A program made the position numbers and the translations under genes. DNA of 42,900 bases, taken from the NCBI GenBank assembly GCA_964463445.1, contig CAYXBX010000001.1, forward strand, positions 1 to 42,900. Direction: 5' to 3'. Positions 38,165 to 42,900 of the stretch are shown here, in pieces. The notes under the pieces were generated by a model. It searched no databases. It was not told the origin of the DNA and saw only the letters and a program-made list of their open reading frames with translations. Position 1 is the first letter of the stretch. Each line of letters begins with the position of its first letter. This DNA is from an uncultured Planctomycetia bacterium. Its GTDB lineage: Bacteria > Omnitrophota > Gorgyraeia > Duberdicusellales > 4484-171.

Positions 38165-39998
38165 AGAGATAATATCTGCCTTTTCTCCCTTTAACCGTCT
38201 TAAAAAGAGCCAGGTTAAAGAGCTTCTTAATATCTCTTCTCTTAGAGAATACAAGAAGGGAGAAATAATCTATCGTGAGGGAGAAAACCCCGGATATTTC
38301 TATTTTCTTGTTAAAGGAAGAGTTGTTGCTATTTCGTCCATTGAAGGAAGAGAACGTGAGATAGAGCTTATAAAGAAGGGGACTCCTTTTGGCATCATCT
38401 CTCTTTTTACTAAAGATCCCCACTCTGTTACGACTAAGGCCATTGAGAATTGCCTTATTGTTGTTATAAGAGAGGATAAGTTTAGGAATTTTGTAGAGAA
38501 AAGTCCGTTTCTTGCCTTCTATTTTTCTCAGGTTCTTTCCAGGAGAGTAAAGAAACGAGCAGACAGGCCGAAGAGAATATTTAAATCCACCGGTATTGTT
38601 TCCATCTTGGACGGCGATTATATGCAGTTGTTCTCTGTGGTAATTGAGCTGGCAGGCCTTCTTAGTCTGCACAATAAAAAGGAAGTTATTGTTGTAGAGG
38701 CGTCATCTTCTGGAAGTTTTGTACTTCCTGGGGTAGTGGGTGAGAATGTAGATACTTTTAATCTTGATGGGGAATTTAGAGAAGACTTATCAGTAAGAAA
38801 GATAAAAGGAGTAAATTTCTTGTGTCTAAAGATGGATACAACTTTTAAAGATGAGTTGTTTTCCTTTGGCAACTTTCTGTTAGAGAACTACCATTTTATT
38901 TTCTATATTATCCGCAAGGAAGATATCGATTACTGGCTTACCGTTTTTAATGTTGTTAATCACATTTATATTTTGTGTAACCGGCTGGATAAAGATGTTT
39001 TTCTTTCTAAAAAGATTAAGAGCATAACAGATAAATTTAAGTACATAGAAAAGACAGTAAGAGTGATTTTGACGGATAGAGATGGCTATCCAGAGGTTGG
39101 CCAGGCTCGTAAACATAGAGACGAAGAGATTGTTATTTTAGGCAAAAGAGGGCACAAAGATTACAAAAAGAGATTGGGGCATCTGGAAAGAGTTTTAGCA
39201 GAAAAGACCTTAGGATTAGCTTTGGGCAGCGGGGGAGCATATGGTCTTGCTCATATAGGAGTTCTTAAGGCTATTGCTGAAAGCAATGTGCCTTTGGATA
39301 TGGTATGCGGTTCAAGTATTGGTTCGGTTATTGCAGCGATGTGGGCATTAGGTTTTTCTTTTAAAGATATGGGCACGGCAGTTGATTTACTCAGCAGGAG
39401 AATAAAATTGTTTTCTTTCACATCTTTTACCTTCCCCTTTAGAGGCATAGTAAAAGCGAGGCGGCTGGAAGGTGTATTTAAAGAAATATTTGGCAGACGT
39501 TCATTTAAAGACGTAGTCTGTCCTTTGGCGGTGGTTGCTTTTAATTTTAAGAAACGTCAGATAGTTGCCATAGATGAGGGGCTAATTTATAAGGCTGTAA
39601 GCGCAAGCTGTGCTATGCCGGGGATATTTGAGCCTGTTGTCTTTAATAATGAGATGTTTCTTGACGGAGGAGTGTTAAGCCCTCTTCCTACAAAGATACT
39701 TCTTCAGTTTGATATAAAGAAGATAGTGGCTGCAAACGTTACTCCTCGCCGCGAAGAAATCCGCAATGTTTATCGTAAAAAGAGTATTTTTAATGTGTTT
39801 GATTTCATCTTTGGCAGCATAGAAACTATGCAGCAGGAATTTATAAGAGGGTCTTTGGATATTTCCGATGTAGTTATACATCCTGATTTAGGAGATTTGA
39901 GCTGGACTGATTTTAGCGCTAAAGACGAATTTATAAAGAGAGGATACGAAGCTACTTTAAGAGTTCTTCCTCAGATTAAAGAACTTCTTTCTGGTTGA
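38154..39998 (+). CDS. cNMP-binding-like domain / central P-loop-less ParA-like region / patatin-like phospholipase
   Basis: 614 aa. The N-terminal CAP/CNB-type beta-roll (GEIIYREGENPGYFYFLVKGRV) has a degenerate phosphate-binding cassette. The patatin domain has oxyanion GSGGAYG, GxSxG as GSSIG (Ser388) and DGG (Asp504). It overlaps the GH1 gene by 11 nt. Confidence 0.85.
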   Translation: MLTEEIISAFSPFNRLKKSQVKELLNISSLREYKKGEIIYREGENPGYFYFLVKGRVVAISSIEGREREIELIKKGTPFGIISLFTKDPHSVTTKAIENCLIVVIREDKFRNFVEKSPFLAFYFSQVLSRRVKKRADRPKRIFKSTGIVSILDGDYMQLFSVVIELAGLLSLHNKKEVIVVEASSSGSFVLPGVVGENVDTFNLDGEFREDLSVRKIKGVNFLCLKMDTTFKDELFSFGNFLLENYHFIFYIIRKEDIDYWLTVFNVVNHIYILCNRLDKDVFLSKKIKSITDKFKYIEKTVRVILTDRDGYPEVGQARKHRDEEIVILGKRGHKDYKKRLGHLERVLAEKTLGLALGSGGAYGLAHIGVLKAIAESNVPLDMVCGSSIGSVIAAMWALGFSFKDMGTAVDLLSRRIKLFSFTSFTFPFRGIVKARRLEGVFKEIFGRRSFKDVVCPLAVVAFNFKKRQIVAIDEGLIYKAVSASCAMPGIFEPVVFNNEMFLDGGVLSPLPTKILLQFDIKKIVAANVTPRREEIRNVYRKKSIFNVFDFIFGSIETMQQEFIRGSLDISDVVIHPDLGDLSWTDFSAKDEFIKRGYEATLRVLPQIKELLSG

Positions 39999-40001
39999 TG
40001 T

Positions 40002-41024
40002 TTAGTTAATCATCACTACAGAATTCTTCCCGCCGAAAGCATCGTCTTCCTGGAGATTATTCGAGGGGTCATTTATCCATCTTCCATCCGCTATAAACTT
40101 ATAGCTGTATTTTCCTTTCTTAAGTGGCAAATCGATAGCCCAGGTATCGTTGTCTACTTTCTTAAGCTTGTAATTATCACAAGGAGCCCAGTCATTAAAT
40201 TCTCCTACCAGATAGACTTCTTTAAAATCTTTTCCTTTTAAGACGAACTTTACAAGACGTGGAGGGTGTGATATTTTTTCTATTTCCTGCGCAAGCTGGC
40301 GGTAATCTTGACTTCCACGTGAATCCTTTTTATACTCAAAGATACTTAAGCCGCTGGCAGCAGCCTCTCTAAGGTGAATATTGGTCCTGATTACGGTAGA
40401 TAAGAGAGCATTGCCAAAATATTCCTGGATTTTCTTATAGAATGATTGGGAGAATTTAAAACGTCTATCTAACTGAGTGAGGAGGTAGTGTATTTGAGGA
40501 GCTACTTTCTTATGTTCGTACAGTATTTTTATAATATTGTTTAAGTTCTCTACGCCTTTGAGAGAGAGCTCACATACCCCAATAGGGACAATAATATAAC
40601 TGCTTGATACTAAAGCACTTAGGGTAAGAACTCCCAGATTAGGGGGGCAATCTATAATGCAATATTCAAATGCTGCTTCGTATTTGTTTAGTGCGTTTGA
40701 AAGCACATCCAACTTATTCTTGTGTTCTATTAGTGATTGTTCGACGGCGCTTAAGCCAATACTGGAGGGTAACACATAGAGATTGTTGGCACGGTTTGTA
40801 AGATAACTGTTATAATCAAAAGGACGGTTGTTTATAATATTATCAAAAAAGTCAGAGGAAGTGTATTTGGGTTTTATTCCTAAAGAGAATGTAGCGTGTG
40901 CCTGGGGATCTAAATCTGCCATAAGAACGCGTCTACCCCTATTGGCTAAGGCGTAGGCTAAATTTACTGCTGTAGTTGTCTTACCGCAGCCTCCTTTCTG
41001 GTTAATCAGAGATATTATAATCAT
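40002..41024 (-). CDS. ParA/MinD-family ATPase fused to a C-terminal AMPK-beta/CBM48-type glycan-binding domain
   Basis: 340 aa with deviant Walker A and signature Lys (NQKGGCGKTT). The C-terminal 85 aa are VKFVLKGKDFKEVYLVGEFNDW...YSYKFIADGRWINDP...GGKNSVVMI. The GGAGG SD overlaps the upstream gene's last sense codons, directly abutting its TAA stop. Confidence 0.85.
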   Translation of the reverse strand: MIIISLINQKGGCGKTTTAVNLAYALANRGRRVLMADLDPQAHATFSLGIKPKYTSSDFFDNIINNRPFDYNSYLTNRANNLYVLPSSIGLSAVEQSLIEHKNKLDVLSNALNKYEAAFEYCIIDCPPNLGVLTLSALVSSSYIIVPIGVCELSLKGVENLNNIIKILYEHKKVAPQIHYLLTQLDRRFKFSQSFYKKIQEYFGNALLSTVIRTNIHLREAAASGLSIFEYKKDSRGSQDYRQLAQEIEKISHPPRLVKFVLKGKDFKEVYLVGEFNDWAPCDNYKLKKVDNDTWAIDLPLKKGKYSYKFIADGRWINDPSNNLQEDDAFGGKNSVVMIN

Positions 41025-41026
41025 CC

Positions 41027-41689
41027 TTACCTCCTTTTTCTCAATATTATCTCTTTTATTAGCACAGGCAATGAATTGATTTCATCCTGATAGAATATAA
41101 ATCTTAACTGAGTTATCCGTTTAGTATTAAGGGTGCCATCTACAATATTTTTTATTGTTATAGGTATTTCTATATAAGCAGAATCTTCTTCGGGGCTAGT
41201 TACTACTTTTTCTAAAGGACTCTTCGCGTTAGAGAAAAAATTATTATCTCTTAAGATAAGACGGATGTTGAATTTTTTTCTTACATTCTTAACTACAAGG
41301 GTTATTGTAGAGTTGGAGATGTCAATTTTATCCTTTAGATTAATAGCAAAGCCACTGTCGGCGTTAAACGGCACGTCAATCAAAATGGTGTTTTTTGTTA
41401 TTTTAGAACCTAACTGGGGGTTGATTAGAGTAATAGATGATACTAACTCATTTTTTAGTAAGCTAATCTCACTGTCTTTAAGAGGGTTTTTGTATTGAGG
41501 CAGGATTAATACATTAAAATTTAATACGAAGAAAGTTGTAAGTACAGCTATACATAGAAAAACAATTCCACCTATAACAATAATTTTTTTCTTTCTTTTT
41601 GGCTTTTTTTCTCTGGGGGAAAAGAAGGTTTTCTCTAAACGCCGCGAATCATCTAAGGAGATGGGATTAAGATTAGAGAAATCAATCAT
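41027..41689 (-). CDS. Bitopic membrane protein of unknown family (basic cytoplasmic tail, one TM, beta-rich extracytoplasmic domain)
   Basis: 220 aa. The N-terminal 35 aa end in REKKPKRKKK. The TM helix IIVIGGIVFLCIAVLTTFFVLNF spans about aa 36-58. The C-terminal domain is about 160 aa. First gene of the two-gene minus-strand operon. Confidence 0.65.
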   Translation of the reverse strand: MIDFSNLNPISLDDSRRLEKTFFSPREKKPKRKKKIIVIGGIVFLCIAVLTTFFVLNFNVLILPQYKNPLKDSEISLLKNELVSSITLINPQLGSKITKNTILIDVPFNADSGFAINLKDKIDISNSTITLVVKNVRKKFNIRLILRDNNFFSNAKSPLEKVVTSPEEDSAYIEIPITIKNIVDGTLNTKRITQLRFIFYQDEINSLPVLIKEIILRKRR

Positions 41690-41764
41690 TTATCCATCTT
41701 GTATTTGTATTTTGTACAAATTGCGATACTTTTGACCATTACAGTATGGCTAGAAGTAATTTTT

Positions 41765-41793
41765 AGTATACCATCTAATTGTGCAAAAATCAA
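41765..41793 (-). promoter_or_regulatory. Possible sigma-70 promoter for the minus-strand operon
   Basis: On the minus strand: TTGATT (reverse complement of 41788-41793), 17-nt spacer, TATACT (reverse complement of 41765-41770). Weak match, pattern only. Confidence 0.3.
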
Positions 41794-41827
41794 TATCATT
41801 TTATGCGCTGCGTTTTCTTAAAAAACC

Positions 41828-41855
41828 TTGTCATGGAGGATAAATGTGGTACAAT
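41828..41855 (+). promoter_or_regulatory. Putative sigma-70 promoter of rpsU (extended -10)
   Basis: TTGTCA (41828-41833), 16-nt spacer containing TGg, TACAAT (41850-41855). It is followed by AAAGGAGGA and ATG 41879. Confidence 0.55.
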
Positions 41856-41878
41856 ATAAACAATTAAAAGGAGGACTC

Positions 41879-42046
41879 ATGGCGGAAGTCAGAATAGAAA
41901 AACGCGAGGATTTTGAGCGGGCTTTGCATAAGTTCAAGCTTCAGTGCAAAAGAGAAGGTATTTTAAGAGAATACCGGGAGAGACAATATTATACCAAACC
42001 GTCACAAAAGAGGAGGAAGAATGTAAAGAAAAAGAAAAGAAGATAG
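41879..42046 (+). CDS. rpsU: 30S ribosomal protein S21
   Basis: 55 aa from ATG 41879 (MAEVRIEKREDFERALHKFK...YYTKPSQKRR). The ORF-track TTG start at 41828 coincides with the -35 box and is rejected. Confidence 0.93.
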   Translation: MAEVRIEKREDFERALHKFKLQCKREGILREYRERQYYTKPSQKRRKNVKKKKRR

Positions 42047-42088
42047 GATTTGGTTATGTGGGTAACTTAGAAATTTTAAGGAGATAAT

Positions 42089-42382
42089 ATGAACGAAGAA
42101 AAAAAAATATATGTAGGCAATTTAGAATATAGCATGACCGAAGAGGAACTTCAATCTGCCCTTGAGGAAAAGGGAGTTTCTGTTAAAGAGACAAGAATTG
42201 TTAAAGATAAGTTTACGGGGCGTTCCAAAGGATTTGGTTTTGTGGAAGTTAATAGTGATGAAGATGTTCAGAAAGCAATAGATTCTCTGGATGGCAAGGA
42301 GTTTAAGGGGCGTAAGCTGCGGGTAAGTAAAGCATTAAGACGTCGCCCAAAGTTTGATAGAGATAGCAGATTTAAAAGATAA
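42089..42382 (+). CDS. RRM-type RNA-binding protein
   Basis: 97 aa with RNP2 IYVGNL and RNP1 KGFGFVEV, plus a basic C-terminal tail. Confidence 0.92.
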   Translation: MNEEKKIYVGNLEYSMTEEELQSALEEKGVSVKETRIVKDKFTGRSKGFGFVEVNSDEDVQKAIDSLDGKEFKGRKLRVSKALRRRPKFDRDSRFKR

Positions 42383-42399
42383 GGTAGTTATTATTTTAA

Positions 42400-42457
42400 G
42401 GGGGTAAGATAAAAAGAGAAAAGATTCTTTTTGTTTTACCCCTTTTATTCTTTTTTT
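42400..42457 (+). terminator. Rho-independent terminator after the RRM gene
   Basis: Long hairpin GGGGTAAGATAAAAAGA / TCTTTTTGTTTTACCCC (about 42401-42442), followed by TTTTATTCTTTTTTT. Confidence 0.8.
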
Positions 42458-42739
42458 ATGGACTGCGGTAAGATAAGAGAGATTATACCACAGTATGTAA
42501 ACCATAGTTCCTCAGAGGAGAATACTCAGCTTATAGAGGAGCATTTGTGCATATGCGAAGGATGTAGAGAGTATTTAGGGGATTTTCTTGAGAAAAAAGA
42601 CATATATCGGCCGGAGGAGGCTCTCAAGAGAAATAAGAAGGAGACAGAGGATAAGAGAGTAGATTTGTTCAATATTGTAGTATTGATTCTGGGGGGAATG
42701 ATTGTATTCTTTTCTCTGCTTCTTATTCTTAGAGTATAA
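42458..42739 (+). CDS. zf-HC2 anti-sigma-factor-like membrane protein
   Basis: Start taken at ATG 42458 (MDCGKIREI...). HLCICEGC matches Hx3Cx2C. C-terminal TM helix VVLILGGMIVFFSLLLIL. Confidence 0.7.
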   Translation: MDCGKIREIIPQYVNHSSSEENTQLIEEHLCICEGCREYLGDFLEKKDIYRPEEALKRNKKETEDKRVDLFNIVVLILGGMIVFFSLLLILRV

Positions 42740-42748
42740 TTTAAATTT

Positions 42749-42900
42749 ATGTATTGGGCTATAGCTTTAGGGATTATTCAAGGGGTGACAGAGTTTCTGC
42801 CTATAAGCAGTTCTGGCCATTTATTTTTAGTAAGCTCGATTCTTGGAGGAGGTACTGATAAGATTGCTTTCTTTGTATGGCTGCATCTGGCTACTCTTTT
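42749..42900 (+). CDS. uppP: Undecaprenyl-diphosphatase (BacA/UppP), 3'-truncated by the window edge
   Basis: My own translation is [34 protein letters not shown]..., containing the UppP signature [11 protein letters not shown]. The frame is open to the window end. Not in the ORF track. Confidence 0.85.
   Translation, partial: MYWAIALGIIQGVTEFLPISSSGHLFLVSSILGGGTDKIAFFVWLHLATL

Noticed and set aside
38154-39998. Reading the cNMP-domain/patatin protein, plus LOG, as a CBASS- or Pycsar-like anti-phage signalling module with a nucleotide-activated phospholipase effector.
   Set aside because: No CD-NTase, pyrimidine cyclase, SMODS-like or other nucleotide cyclase gene is in the operon or its flanks. 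The cNMP pocket lacks the Glu and Arg needed for cyclic-nucleotide binding. The neighbours are metabolic, and nothing suggests a mobile element or defence island.
1-42900. Search by eye for CRISPR arrays, rRNA genes, IS elements or transposases, integrases, toxin-antitoxin pairs, and large tandem or direct repeats.
   Set aside because: None found. Non-coding space is limited to a few gaps under 270 nt, none of which shows repeat-spacer periodicity. No ORF shows DDE, tyrosine-recombinase or serine-recombinase motifs. A computational repeat scan would be needed to exclude short dispersed repeats.

Overview
AT-rich bacterial chromosomal window, probably from a diderm. That inference rests on a beta-barrel porin ending in Phe, uppP and pilT; I cannot assign the lineage from sequence alone. 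Everything from nt 1 to 39998 is on the + strand. Contents: (1) The 3' part of rpoC (catalytic NADFDGDQM motif at nt 48-74) runs without a break into a fused str-S10-spc-alpha ribosomal super-operon of 35 genes (nt 1-21559). It includes fusA, tuf, secY, adk, map, infA, rpmJ (missed by the ORF track) and rpoA, and has no L30 gene. (2) A housekeeping and central-metabolism block (21605-33311) holds a LeuC/HacA-type dehydratase large subunit, pilT, the matching small subunit, isocitrate dehydrogenase and malate dehydrogenase. It continues with a short Lpd-like flavoprotein, glyQS, ppdK, a sigma-70 family factor and apt. (3) tRNA-Arg(CCU) at 33428-33500. (4) A porin-like outer-membrane protein with its own promoter, a long leader and a strong terminator. 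(5) A tightly packed six-gene operon (35127-39998): DUF4870-like membrane protein, LOG-family protein, an orphan Zn-ribbon protein, a tandem-ACT protein, a GH1 beta-glucosidase, and a cNMP-binding-like/patatin phospholipase. (6) A convergent two-gene minus-strand operon (40002-41689) encodes a bitopic membrane protein plus a ParA/MinD-type ATPase fused to an AMPK-beta/CBM48 glycan-binding domain. (7) rpsU, an RRM RNA-binding protein, an orphan zf-HC2 anti-sigma-like protein, and the 5' end of uppP. I saw no rRNA, CRISPR array, transposase, integrase or obvious long repeat. The best candidate for an undescribed system is the ParA-CBM48 plus membrane-partner pair. The adjacent LOG/ACT/GH1/patatin operon, whose last gene carries a degenerate cNMP-binding domain and what looks like a P-loop-less ParA-like middle domain, comes second. 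All family assignments come from motif recognition by eye; no database search was run.
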